Positions 12,794-26,679 of a stretch of DNA of 64,000 nt are shown piece by piece (position 1 is the stretch's first letter; the number at the start of each line of letters is the position of its first letter). The DNA comes from Eledone cirrhosa (taxonomy: Eukaryota): contig OZ024759.1 of NCBI GenBank assembly GCA_964016885.1, positions 31,372,001 through 31,436,000 on the forward strand, written 5' to 3'. The position numbers and the translations under genes are program-made. The notes beneath the pieces are model-generated. The model saw only the letters and a program-made list of their open reading frames with translations. It searched no databases and had not been told where the DNA came from.

Positions 12794-12974
12794 GTTTCTA
12801 CTTTTGGCACAAGGCCAGCAATTATCCCAGTACATTACTGGTACTTTATTTTATCGACTCCGTAAGGATGAAAGGCAAAGTTAACCTCGGCGGGATTTGA
12901 ACTCAGACCATAAAGGGCCGTAACTCTATGCTGCAAAACATGGCGTCCGACCCTCTACCGATACAGCCAATCCA
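12794..12974 (-). mobile_element. Meta-domain SINE with about 23-bp target-site duplication
   Basis: Flanked by acagtccttcaattaatataatg at 12771-12793 and about 12975-12996. Confidence 0.9.
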
Positions 12975-13283
12975 CAGTCCTTCAATTAATATAATGTAGG
13001 TTTCAGGATATAAAACTTATAATAGTTGCTAATATTTACAATAGCAATACATTTCGGAAAATGGTTTTTTGCTTTGTTTTGTTTTTACAGTTCAGATGCG
13101 CTCCACCAGCTTTTTCAAGAAACCAGTGTCCAAGAAACGCTGCATGTCACTACGGCGTCCCTACGACTCCATCAGTAGTTAAGGGTCTATACATACGTAT
13201 ATACATACCTATATATATATGTCCCAAGGCTCTGATACCATCAACACTATAAACACAGAGCTGGCATATCTGAGAACTGACTA

Positions 13284-13339
13284 ACTGCCTGATGAGGTCA
13301 TAGCCATTCAATGGCTATCATCGAAATATATATAGCAGT
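13284..13339 (+). ncRNA. Minimal type-I hammerhead ribozyme in a ~170-bp element (13218-13385)
   Basis: actgc CTGATGA ggt-c-atagccat tca atggctat-c-atc GAAA t-atat-ATA gcagt. Confidence 0.8.
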
Positions 13340-13380
13340 AAATAAAGGAGTATGAGTTCATGCAATTGACTTATGTTTTG

Positions 13381-13437
<57 letters not shown>

Positions 13438-13516
13438 AAAAAAGATGAAATCGAAAATGCAACTGGAGTCTTTTTTTTTTTTTTTTTTTTTATTTGGTTC
13501 CTTTACCGGTTTCGCA

Positions 13517-13586
<70 letters not shown>

Positions 13587-13600
13587 TTATATATATATAT

Positions 13601-13646
<46 letters not shown>

Positions 13647-14244
13647 ATAATAATAAATTTGAAGACTAAAATCCAAAGAGGGCTCGATAAGGATAAATAT
13701 ATATCAAATATATAAGAACCGTAGAGCAAATATTTATTAAAATAACAGATTAAAGTTTAAGCAAAGAATCGGTGCTTTCATCCTTAACTGAATCTTCTGA
13801 AACTGAGTTTCAGAAGATCCAGTTAAAGGTGGCTTATTCATGAATATCTTACACTGTCTAAGAATTAATTGAGACCAATTCTGAATGAAGTGTACAGAGG
13901 CCCTTAACTATCAAACCACCGACAGATTCTGGAAATAGGTGATAGATAAATAAAGCTAGAGAACGTGATAGAAGTTAATAACCAAATTTATTACTTGGGT
14001 TTATAACAATGGACGATGTTCATAGCTTGTTTGAATTTATTCATTGCACAACAGTGTTATATTCACATCATTGCATTTAATATTCAAATGGAATTATATA
14101 TCTACATTTATAGGGAAATGGAGGACGCGTTAAGTATAATCTGTGGAAGACTAACATAGAAAACGTGTTGAATAAAAAGTTCTGGGCTACGAAGTAATAT
14201 ACAGAAGACTGATTGTACACACACACAGATATATATATGTATAT

Positions 14245-14460
14245 ATGTATATAAGAATAAAAGAACACCTCAATACTAACGCTTCCTCATTTAAGAAACA
14301 CCTAGTTAAATGCAAAAACACTGATAAAAACATAACAGTTAGGATAGAAACTAAGGAAAGAAACCTCGGCAATCTTAGAATCAAGGAAGCACTCATTATA
14401 GATAGAACACATCCACCAATCAATAATAGACTAGAGCTCAACACCCAATTTATAACCTGA
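14245..14460 (+). pseudogene. C-terminal remnant of a Penelope-like GIY-YIG endonuclease
   Basis: RIKEH...SSFKKHL...C...IETKERNLGNLRIKEALII...P.IN matches the RxxEH and ExxxI...PxxN motifs of PLE GIY-YIG. It is 5'-truncated at a TA tract. Confidence 0.75.
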
Positions 14461-14842
14461 TAGGGCCTCTAGCCCCACTTTACACACCCCACACACACGC
14501 ACGCGCACACCTCCACTTATTCTCTCTCACACATACACACACAAAACCAGTTCTAACACCAGATAACACCTACCCCCCACTTTTACGATTAGACCTATCT
14601 TCCCACACTCACACACACACACCCACATACCTACACCTTCATGCTTTCTCCCACACACATATACAGGCACGCATATAAAATTTAAAAAAACACAACAAAA
14701 ACATAAACAAACCCCTCTTAAAGGGAGACTACTCTTTACCCACCTAATTTTAATTCTTTGATATTAAAGTTAGAACTCTATACTATTTCCGGTCAGCATG
14801 GCTTCATTGGAAATTTAGACGCTGGTCTGAGACTTTTACTTC

Positions 14843-14877
14843 CCTCCGAAGAAGAGATATTATCTCGAAAATTAAGG
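14843..14877 (+). ncRNA. Hammerhead variant (U4->C) downstream of the Penelope endonuclease remnant
   Basis: cct CCGAAGA a gagat att atctc GAAA a-TTA agg. Confidence 0.5.
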
Positions 14878-14991
14878 ACATTTAAATAAATTCAAGGTGA
14901 AAGACGAATTCTCATCAATATCTTTCACTATTGCATTCTTTTTTCTATGTCCATATCTGCATTGTCTTGGCCTTATTACACATATTCTAAC

Positions 14992-15381
<390 letters not shown>

Positions 15382-15481
15382 ATGCTCTGGCTCGTTAATT
15401 TATTAACCTGCCGTTGAACCACATTGGCATATGGTTGGACAATACATGTGTCCCTTGTGCGTGTAGGGATATATACTTTAT

Positions 15482-15580
<99 letters not shown>

Positions 15581-15732
15581 TACATAGATAGATAGTTGAT
15601 AAATGAAACAAACAAATCAGAGGCGGCAATTTTATAGGTAAAGTTATATTAGGTCTACGCTTAGAAGTGTATATATTTCTATATATATATATATATATAT
15701 ACATACATATATATATATATACATATATATAC

Positions 15733-15767
<35 letters not shown>

Positions 15768-15820
15768 CATATATATATACATATATATACATATACATAT
15801 ATATATACATATATATATAC

Positions 15821-15851
<31 letters not shown>

Positions 15852-15909
15852 CCACACACATATATATACACATATGTATACATATATATATATATATATA
15901 CATATATAT

Positions 15910-15962
<53 letters not shown>

Positions 15963-16354
15963 CGAGCAGAACTTAATTTTTCGCCTTAAAACTACTTTCC
16001 CGAATGGCCTCGAGTCCCCAATCCCTATAGTTTCTATAACCTCCCTTTACCCCTACTCTCTCCCCCTCCACACACACACACACACACTTGTGCCCGCGTA
16101 CACACCGAATACACACACAAACATAATTCCAACCACCACACCAACACACACACACCACAGACATATACATCCAGTGAGGTTATGTTGTTAAGTGTTATAC
16201 ATTGCAACAATTACAACTAATTAGATAGCCATGTAGCTGAACAGTGTGATGTTGTTGTTGTTGTTGTTAGAGCTCACACCTATGCAGGTTTAGCTGGCCT
16301 CCTCCAAGGTATATCTCGTTGGAGGTGTCTTGAGTGATTTAATGATAGGGACCC

Positions 16355-16510
16355 CAGTCCTATCATCTCATTTCTACAGCTGAGTAAACTGAAGCAACGT
16401 GAAATAAACTGTCTTCCTCAAGGTAACAACACATTACCCGGTCTGAGAATTGAACTCCCAACCTTTCGATTGCAAGTCCAATGCTCTAACCACTAAGCCA
16501 TGCGCCTTCA
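16355..16510 (-). mobile_element. tRNA-derived SINE 5' part (family of 2212-2700)
   Basis: Reverse complement: ggcgcaTGGCTTAGTGGttagagcattggacttgcaatcgaaaggttgggaGTTCAATTC...tttatttcacgttgcttcagtttactcagctgtag. Confidence 0.75.
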
Positions 16511-16768
16511 GTGTGATGAGTAGCAGTTATATAATGGTGTCGATGATGTGAACAAACATTAATTTTTTTAAACTTAGCTCTTGGACCAGCAAATCCACAT
16601 GCAGCTTTCGATGCATTTGTACATGTAATTTGAGTAGGTGTGTGCATATATTCGGCAGTAAGCGTGAAACTTCAAAGACTATGTTTTTGCATCGCTATGT
16701 TTATCCTGTCTATTTTTGAACTATATATATATATATGTGTGTGTGCGTGTGTGTATGTACACACACAC

Positions 16769-16830
<62 letters not shown>

Positions 16831-16840
16831 ATGTGTATGT

Positions 16841-16893
<53 letters not shown>

Positions 16894-17228
16894 CACACAT
16901 GCATATATATATATATATATATATATTTGTGTATGTGTGTTTAGACAAATTGTCTGTTTATTGTAAGACGGATTAGTTTATTTTATAATATTAGCAGCTG
17001 TTCAAGAGTTGAGAACTACTTCAACATTTACGACAAGCATCGTTCAATACATGAAATCTGTTGAGACTTGGGATTGATAAAATTGCATATAGAAATAGTT
17101 TAGATTAATAGAACTAGTTGAATAAAAACATGAGAGATTTCGGCATAATACAATCCAGAACTATTGCTGCATGTATATTTGACATAAATAAAGCAGTGTG
17201 TATATATAGTGTTATATATGCGTGTGTG

Positions 17229-17289
<61 letters not shown>

Positions 17290-17342
17290 CTCTGAATTTG
17301 TGTTACGTTTCGCTTTTTCTACCCGCCAGTGATTCTCGCTGA

Positions 17343-17402
<60 letters not shown>

Positions 17403-17465
17403 GTCCCAAGGCTCTAAAATCATCAACACCAGAAACCCAGAGCTGGCATATCTAATAACTTACTA

Positions 17466-17521
17466 ACTGCCTGATGAGGTCATAGCCATACAATGGCTAT
17501 CATCGAAATATATATAGCGGT
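17466..17521 (+). ncRNA. Minimal type-I hammerhead ribozyme (second copy of the 13284 family; element 17401-17568)
   Basis: actgc CTGATGA ggtcatagccat aca atggctatcatc GAAA tatatATA gcggt. Changes fall in the loop or form a G-U pair. Confidence 0.8.
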
Positions 17522-17618
17522 AAATAAAGGATTATGAGTTCATACAATTGACTTATGTTTCGTCACTATATATATATATATAACTAGGTAAATAGATAAA
17601 TATATTTATATAGATAGA

Positions 17619-17760
17619 TTTCTTTATTTGCCACAAGGGCGCACAAGAAAAGGGGACAATACAAAGACATGCCGGGGATTTTACATACAGTCGTGTAAAA
17701 AATATAAAACAAACCATTACAACAATCGAAATCCCCAATAGGGGGGAAGCGCCAGCCACA
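17619..17760 (-). mobile_element. Tx1-like LINE 3' UTR fragment
   Basis: tttctttatttgccacaagggc...cccaatagggggg, flanked by (GATA)n. Confidence 0.7.
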
Positions 17761-17766
17761 ATATAA

Positions 17767-17884
<118 letters not shown>

Positions 17885-18071
17885 AATGGTGTGTGTTCAT
17901 GCGTGGAGATAGTATAAAATACTTTATAAAATTGGATGAACATCATTAAAGATGGAACAAAAAGTTGCCATCGACCACTAGATGTCTTCATTCTATTTTA
18001 TGAGCTATATTAACTTTATCCACTCAGCCCTTCGTAAAAGACCGAGTTTTCGGCTTCCTATACACGACGTT

Positions 18072-18189
<118 letters not shown>

Positions 18190-18209
18190 CGTGTGCGTGT
18201 GAGTGTGTG

Positions 18210-20330
18210 TAGGTTGCTAGTTCTCTAGACGGTTAGCTCTCTAGAGTGCTGGTTCTCTAGACCGCCAGCTTTCTAGATTGCTAGCTTTCTAGACAGTAGC
18301 TCTCGTGATGCTTGACTCTCTAGACTACTTGCTCTCTAGACTACTAGCTCTCTAGACTGCTAGCTCTCTAGACAGTAGCTCTCTAAATTTTTGGCTCTCT
18401 AGATTGCTAGTTCTATAGACTGTAGCTATCTTGATTCTTGGCTGTCTAGACTACTAGCTCTCTAGACTACTAGCTCTCTAGACAGTAGCTCTCAAGATTC
18501 TTGGCTGTCTAGACTACAAATTCTCTAGACAGTAGCTCTCTAGACTACTAGCTCTCTAGACTACTAGCTCTCTAGACTACTAGCTCTCTAGACAGTAGCT
18601 CTCTAGACAGTAGCTCTCCAGATTCTTGGCTGTCTAGACTACAAGTTCTCTAGACAGTAGCTCTCTAGACTACTAGCTCACTAGACTACTAGCTCTCTAG
18701 ACCAGCGTTTCTCAACCTTTTTACCCTTGTGGAACCCTTGAAATAGGTTCATGTCTCAGGGAACCCCTACATAAAAATTATTATATACCATTATTAATAT
18801 CTATCTCTTATATTGACCAAGTTTTAAATAATATAAGAGGTTGAAGCCTTTCTTAAAATAAACAAGGATTTTCCGACAATATGCCGTAAATGTATAGTAA
18901 AATTACGAATATAAAATTAAACAAAAATTACTTTTTAAAATACATTAGTTTATTTATCACTGGTTCTCGGGGAACCCCTAGCGACCTCTTGCGGAATCCT
19001 AGGGTTCCGGGGAACACCGGTTGAGAAACGTTGCTCTAGAGAGTAGCTCTCTAGATTCTTGGCTGTCAAGATTGCTAGCTCTCTAGATTGCTGGCTCACT
19101 AGACTACTAACTTTGTAGACTACCAGCTCTCTAGACAGCCACCTCTCTATACAGCCAGCTCTCTATACAGCCAGCTCTCTATACAGCCACCTCTCTAGAC
19201 AGCCACATCTCTATACAGCCACCTCTCTATACAGCCACCTCTCTATACAGACAGCTCTCTATACAGCCAGCTCTCTATGCAGCCACCTCTCTATACAGCC
19301 AGCTCTCTATACAGCCACCTCTCTAGACAGCCACCTCTCTATACAGCCACCTCTCTATACAGCCACCTCTCTATACAGACAGCTCTCTATACAGCCAGCT
19401 CTCTATGCAGCCACCTCTCTATACAGCCAGCTCTCTATACAGCCACCTATCTATACAGCCACCCCTCTATACAGCCAGCTCTCTATGCAGCCAGTTCTCT
19501 ATACAGCTACCTCTCTATACAGCCACCTCTCTATACAGCCACCTCTCTATACAGCCACCTCACTATACAGCCAGCTCTCTATACCTCCACCTCTCTATAC
19601 AGCCAGCTCTCTATACAGCCACCTCTCTATACAGCCACCTCTCTATACAGCCACCCCTCTATACAGCCACCTCTCTATACAGCCACCTCACTATACAGCC
19701 AGCTCTCTATACAGCTACCTCTCTATGCAGCCACCTCTCTATACAGCCACCTCTCTATACAGCCACCTCTCTATACAGCCACCTCTCTATACAGCCACCT
19801 CTCTAGACAGCCACCTCTCTAGACAGCCACCTCTCTATACAGCCACCTCACTATACAGCCAGCTCTCTATACAGCCACCTCTATATGCAGCCACCTCTAT
19901 ATACAGCCACCTCTCTATACAGCCACCTCTCTATACAGCCACCTCTCTATACAGCCACCTCTCTAGACAGCCACCTCTCTATACAGCCACCTCTCTATAC
20001 AGCCACCTCTCTATACAGCAACCTCTCTAGAGATCCACCTCTCTATACAGCCACCTCTCTAGACAGCCACCTCTCTATACAGCCACCTCTCTAGACAGCC
20101 AGCTCTCTATACAGCCACCTCTCTATACAGCCACCTCTCTATACAGCCACCTCTCTAGACATCCACCTCTCTATACAGCCACTTCTCTAGACAGCCACCT
20201 CTCTATACAGCCACCTCACTATACAGCCAGCTCTCTATACAGCCAGCTCTCTATACAGCCACCTCTCTAGACAGCCACCTCTCTATACAGCCAGCTCACT
20301 TAATTGCTAGTTCACCAGACTAGCTCTCTA
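18210..20330. repeat. 16-bp minisatellite (CTCTCTAGACTACTAG grading to CTCTCTATACAGCCAC)
   Basis: Direct reading. Interrupted by a hAT MITE. Confidence 0.95.
18703..19033. mobile_element. hAT (Charlie-like) MITE
   Basis: TIRs CAGCGTTTCTCAACC / GGTTGAGAAACGTTG. 8-bp TSD ctctagac/ctctagag matches the NTCTAGAN preference of Charlie-type hATs. Confidence 0.9.
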
Positions 20331-20597
20331 TATGGCTGGCCTAAGAATTCTTCTAAGACTCTGGCTGATATCTAAAGCTGTTTGAGATCAATAGAGCCTT
20401 TCTGTAATTATCGATACGCTTACTGATGATTAATTACATATTTTAAGTGGTGTAAGGACGGGTGAAGAGAGGGGTGGAGTGGTAGAGTGGCGGAGGGGAG
20501 TGGAAGAGTTATATTTTGCTTAAGTTTCACCTTGGTTATGAAATTACGTTGAGAGGGAATTGTGTGAGGATGGGATGGTGTGGAGGATGGGATGGGG

Positions 20598-20715
20598 GAA
20601 GAAGAAGAAGAAGAAGAAGAAGAAGAAGAAGAAGAAGAAGAAGAAGAAGAAGAAGAAGAAGAAGAAGAAGAAGAAGAAGAAGAAGAAGAAGAAGAAGAAG
20701 AAGAAGAAGAAGAAG
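20598..20715. repeat. (GAA)n microsatellite
   Basis: Direct reading. Confidence 0.95.
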
Positions 20716-20952
20716 GGAGGGGGTGAGAAACTGTGAATGAGAGTGTGATATAAGATGGAGAAGAAGGCAATGGAAGTTGGGATTGAGATAGGGTTTTAGA
20801 AATATAAAGATTGTGATGAGAGAGAAGGAAAGGAAGTCTAAACTGAGATAAACAGATAAACAGACAAACAGACAGACAGACAGACAGATAAATAGATAGA
20901 GAGACAAGGAGCTAGATAAATAGATAGCTAGACAGGGAGATAGATAGATATG

Positions 20953-21645
20953 TTTCTTTATTAGCCACAGGGGCACAAAAGAAGGGGACAAATACAAAGG
21001 GGGAAGTTTACATACAATAAAAACGTGTAAAATATTATCACAAATGTAATTTAAAAATTAGTCGATTTTCCCCAATAGGGGGAGACATTTCATATGGGTA
21101 ACACATACCCCCGAAAAAAATGTGCAACCCTCATCTTCGGGAGTACGAAGAGTTTGTACTCCTTTCCTCTCCTCCTCCTCTTTTTCCTCAACCTACAGGC
21201 TGATATAGAGAGAAGGCCCATTCACTCGGGCCATTCTCGCCACTTTCACCCACCTTTCATAAAACTTGCTGGGGTACAGCACCTCTCTCTCCATCCTAAT
21301 TCTTCTTCCAAAGTGGTATTTGAAAAAAAGAATCAGTTGTTGGCCGGAGAGAAAGGTGTCTGACCTCAGCCCTTTCAACCTTGTCCACCATACAACCTCT
21401 TTCGCCATAGCTATCACACAAAGGAAAACCACCTCTCCTTCGTTTTTGAAGAAGGGTGGCGGTTTGATCATGGCAATGGACTCGGTGGTCAACCGGATTG
21501 GTCTCACCCGCGACAATAGTCGTTCTACATAGGCCCACAGGTCGGTGACGCCCGGGCAGTGTATGAATGCGTGCGCGACGGTTTCTTCGTCTCGCACGCA
21601 CCTTGAACAGATCTTTTTTGCAGGGTCCCTGCCCGGGCGCCCATG
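20953..21645 (-). mobile_element. Tx1/L1-like LINE 3' end (ORF2 zinc-binding C-terminus plus 3' UTR)
   Basis: Open frame CSRCVRDEETVAHAFIHCP...LW...VW..R (CxxC-x8-H-x4-C, zf-RVT-like) to a stop at 21193. The 3' UTR ends ggctaataaagaaa. GATA-rich flanks. Confidence 0.88.
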
Positions 21646-21721
21646 TCTGTAGATAAGGAGATAAATAGATAGAGAGAGAGCGAGAAAGAGAGAGGGGAGA
21701 TAGATAGACAGAGAGACATGG

Positions 21722-21804
<83 letters not shown>

Positions 21805-22187
21805 CAGACAGACAAACAAACAGACAGACACACAGACAATTGGTAGAAAGAAAGGATCAGATAGAATTAAATACAGACACACACAAATAGTAGACAGAAA
21901 GAGACCGATGATATTCTCCGTGGAAATGGCATTTTCACGTCAACATCTTAGAATTTCAATTGTTTTTGCTTTCATTGGATTTAGTTTTCTTTTTTGCCTT
22001 CCACTATTACACATTACTTTCTCACCCCAACCCCATTACGTTCCACCGTCTCTTATTACATATTCAGGCTGTTACTATTAACTAGATTCATTATATCTAT
22101 TCTTTTTCTCATCCATCAGCGTCTAACACTTTAGAGAAGCGAAAGAAACAGAAACAAAACAAAAAACGTAAGACATGTTTGAAAGAA

Positions 22188-22605
22188 GACATAGGTATCA
22201 GAGATACAGGGATAAAACCTGAGAGAGAAGAGAGAGGAAGGAGAGAAGAAAGGGGACTAGAGAAGAGAAGGGTGAGGAGAGAGGTGAGGAGAGAGGAGGG
22301 GAGAATAGACATAGGCAACAGAGATACAGGGATAAAACCTGAGAGAGAAGAGAGAGGAAGGAGAGAAGAAAGGGGACTAGAGAAGAGAAGGGTGAGGAGA
22401 GAGGTGAGGAGAAAGGAGGGGAGAATAGACATAGGCAACAGAGATAAAGGGATAAAACCTGAGAGAGAAGAGAGAGGAAGGAGAGAAGAAAGGGGACTAG
22501 AGAAGAGAAGGGTGAGGAGAGAGGTGAGGAGAGAGGAGGGGAGAATAGACATAGGCAACAGAGATACAGGGATAAAACCTGAGAGAGAAGAGAGAGGAAG
22601 GAGAG
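22188..22605. repeat. 120-bp purine-rich tandem repeat, about 3.5 copies
   Basis: gacataggcaacagagatacagggataaaacctgag recurs at 22188, 22308, 22428 and 22548. Confidence 0.9.
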
Positions 22606-23452
22606 GAGAGAGATGGGGGAAGAAGAGAGGAACGAGAGAAGAGATGGGAAAAGGGAAGAGAGAGGTGAGGAAAGATGAAAGAGGACAGAGGAGGGGGGGA
22701 GGGGGAGGAGGGGAGAGAGGAGGGAGGAGGGGAGAGAGGAGGGAGGAGGGGAGAGAAGATATGATAAGACAAAAGAGAAGCGTGAGAGAGAAGAGAGAGG
22801 AGAGAAGACATGGGTGAGACTGATTCACTAAAACAAGGTAAGACAAAAGTAAGAGGAGAGGAGAGATGAGAGAGGAGAGAGAGGAGAGGAGAGAGAGGGG
22901 AGATGAGAGAAGAGAGAGGAGAGAAAACAAGGTAAGACAAAAGTAAGAGGAGAGGAGAGAAGAGGAGAGATGAGAGAGAGGAGAGGAGAGAGAGGAGAAA
23001 AAATCAATTATAAGACAAAACGAATTAGATTGCCATATGCTGGTCGCGCTGTATTTATTGTCCAGATTCTGTGAAACCATTTCTGATATTTAATTATAGG
23101 AATGCTGTAAAGAGAGGGGGAGTGTGTGTGTGTGTGTGAAGAGAAAGAGAGAGTGTGTGTGTGTGTGTGAAAAGAGAGAGAGAGAGGGGGGGTGTTTGTG
23201 TGTGTGTGTTTGAAGAGAGAGAGTGTGTGTGTAAAGAGAGGGAGAGTGTGTGTGTGTGAAGAGAAAGAGAGAGTGTGTGTGTGTGTGAAAAGAGAGAGAG
23301 AGAGAGGGGGTGTTTGTGTGTGTGTGTGTTTGAAGAGAAAGAGAGAGAGTGTGTGTGTGTGTGTGTTTGAAGAGAGAGAGAGTGTGTGAAGAGAGGGAGA
23401 GAGTGTGTGTGTGTGTGTGTGAAAAGAGAGAAAGAGAGAGAGAGATAGGGAG

Positions 23453-23537
<85 letters not shown>

Positions 23538-23600
23538 AGAGAGAGAGAGAGAAAGAGAGAGTGTGTGTGTGTGTGAAAAGAGAGAAAGAGAGAGAGAGAT

Positions 23601-23679
<79 letters not shown>

Positions 23680-23877
23680 GAAGAGAAGGTGTGTGTTTGT
23701 ATGTGGAGTTGGGTGTACCTGAGGGTGAAAATCGGAGTGAGGGGCGGGGAAAACATCGATATTTTACCTCAAGTTATCATACACCTACACAACCACCACC
23801 TACCCTCTTGTTGCTTATATAGACCCAACCACACACATCACAATACAGTCGACATACAACCATCCACAACCATCCCT

Positions 23878-24520
23878 CAATAACAACAGCAACAACAACA
23901 GCAACAACAACAACAACAGCAACAACAACAACAGTAGCAACAACAACAGTAGCAACAACAACAACAGTAGCAACAACAACAGTAGCAACAACAACAGCAA
24001 CAACAACAGTAGCAACAACAACAGTAACAACAACAACAACAACAATAACAACAATAACAACAACAACAGTAGCAACAACAGTAACAACAACAACAACAGT
24101 AACAACAACAACAGTAGCAACAGCAACAGTAGCAACAACAACAGTAACAACAACAACAGTAGCAGCAACAACAATAACAACAGTAACAACAACAATAACA
24201 ACAACAACAGTAACAACAACAGTAACAACAGCAACAACAACAACAGTAGCAACAACAACAACAACAGTAACAACAACAACAGTAGCAACAACAACAGTAA
24301 CAACAACAACAACAGTAGCAGCAACAACAATAACAACAGTAACAACAACAGTAACAACAACAGTAACAACAACAACAGTAACAACAGCAACAATAACAAC
24401 AACAGTAACAACAACAACAATAACAACAACAACAACAGTAAAAACAACAACTACAACAGTAACAACAACAACAGCAACAACAAGATATACAAAAACAACA
24501 GTAACAACAACAACAGTAAC
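23878..24520. repeat. (AAC)n-derived trinucleotide array
   Basis: Direct reading. Confidence 0.95.
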
Positions 24521-24706
24521 CAATCCCACATCCATTGATCTTATCACGTATATATAAGGAGAAATACAAAATAGCTAGCAACTCCATCTTTTTACCGTCT
24601 GCTGTGTCAACGGATGGCAACCATTACATCATTTCTTGGTCATCAACTATCACTGATATTGTTTAGTATTATTTCTTAACACGACCACTGACATCATCGT
24701 ATTCTG

Positions 24707-24707
24707 A

Positions 24708-24753
<46 letters not shown>

Positions 24754-24925
24754 GCTGTTGCTGCTGCTACTACTGCTGCTGCCGCTCTTACTACTAATAC
24801 TGCTGCTGCCGCTATTACTAATATTACTACTACTGCTGCTGCTACTACTACTACTACTACAACAACAACTGCTACTACTACTACTAATACTAATACTACC
24901 ATTACTACAATCACTACTTCTACCA

Positions 24926-24986
<61 letters not shown>

Positions 24987-25052
24987 CACTACTTCTACTA
25001 CTATCATCACTACTACTACTATTACTACTATCACCACTACCACTACTACTAA
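24707..25052. repeat. (TAC)/(TGC) trinucleotide array
   Basis: Direct reading. Confidence 0.9.
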
Positions 25053-25524
25053 TAATGCAATTATTAGTAAGAGTTGAAATCAATGCATGCAAGATTTAGA
25101 CTTCGCAAAGACGAAAGCCTGAGATTTCGACATGTTCTAAGAGTTTCAGGATACAGGAAAAAAACAATTACATAAGGCAAACAGAAAACTACATCTCTAC
25201 CTCGTCAGTCACCCTGCTGGCGTAGAGTTTCGCACATTAAGTTATTAGGGTCGTCAAGTATGAAATTTGTAGAAATGTGTTGTTTTTTTCCTACAAATTT
25301 CTACAAATTTCATACTTAACGACCCAATAGTTTCTACAACAGATTGGAGAACCGATCTGTTGATATGATGCTAACAAAACAAAGAATAGTTTTTTTTTTA
25401 ATTTTAATTTTGGGGCTTATAAGCAAATTTTAAGTATATATACCGGCTCTGCATGACACCCTACCATTGTATTGAGCTAAAGTACAACTAGTAAATGAGT
25501 AAGATGTACATTCTTTAATATTAT

Positions 25525-25581
<57 letters not shown>

Positions 25582-25583
25582 GG

Positions 25584-25922
<339 letters not shown>

Positions 25923-26277
25923 GAGGTACGATTATATGCATAAAAAATACAAAAGAAATAATGTTGTTATAGAGAAGAATCACTACTAAGTTAAGAAAAT
26001 AACTTAAGTTTAGAGAAGAGAAAGACCAGGGAAGATATAAAAGGCTTCTAAAACGTAAATATAATAGCGATGTGAAAAACTGTGAAAAACTGTGAAAAAC
26101 TATTCAACTATCTTTATATAATTACGCGGCGAGCTTATTGGTGTAGTTAGTGATTCCGATAATCGATAGTAAATCAACTGGAAGAGATACAATACAGACA
26201 TTCTATATATATATATATATATATATTTATTTATTTATTATAGATATATAGATATATATGTATATAAATATATATAT

Positions 26278-26353
<76 letters not shown>

Positions 26354-26384
26354 CATATATTCATTATAAATATATAAATGTAAG

Positions 26385-26435
<51 letters not shown>

Positions 26436-26560
26436 CATTTATTTATTTTAAATATATATATGTAAGTACATAAATATACATACATATATATATGTATGTA
26501 TATAAATATATATGTATGTATATGAATATATATATATATATGTATGTATGTATATAAGTA

Positions 26561-26634
<74 letters not shown>

Positions 26635-26679
26635 AATCAAATCATTTTCCTGCAACTGGTGCAGCCAGTCGTTATATAC

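Noticed and set aside
13765-13830. Long hairpin as hammerhead stem II on the minus strand
   Set aside because: No CTGANGA box and no NUH/stem III geometry.
16430-16510. tRNA gene on the minus strand
   Set aside because: The tRNA-like head continues into a SINE body and the acceptor stem does not close.
19277-20094. Long repetitive ORFs (QPPLYTATSLYSHLSI)
   Set aside because: Product of a 16-bp minisatellite open in several frames.
22109-23080. 323-aa L/S/P-rich ORF and opposite R/E-rich ORF
   Set aside because: Purine-rich tandem and simple repeats.
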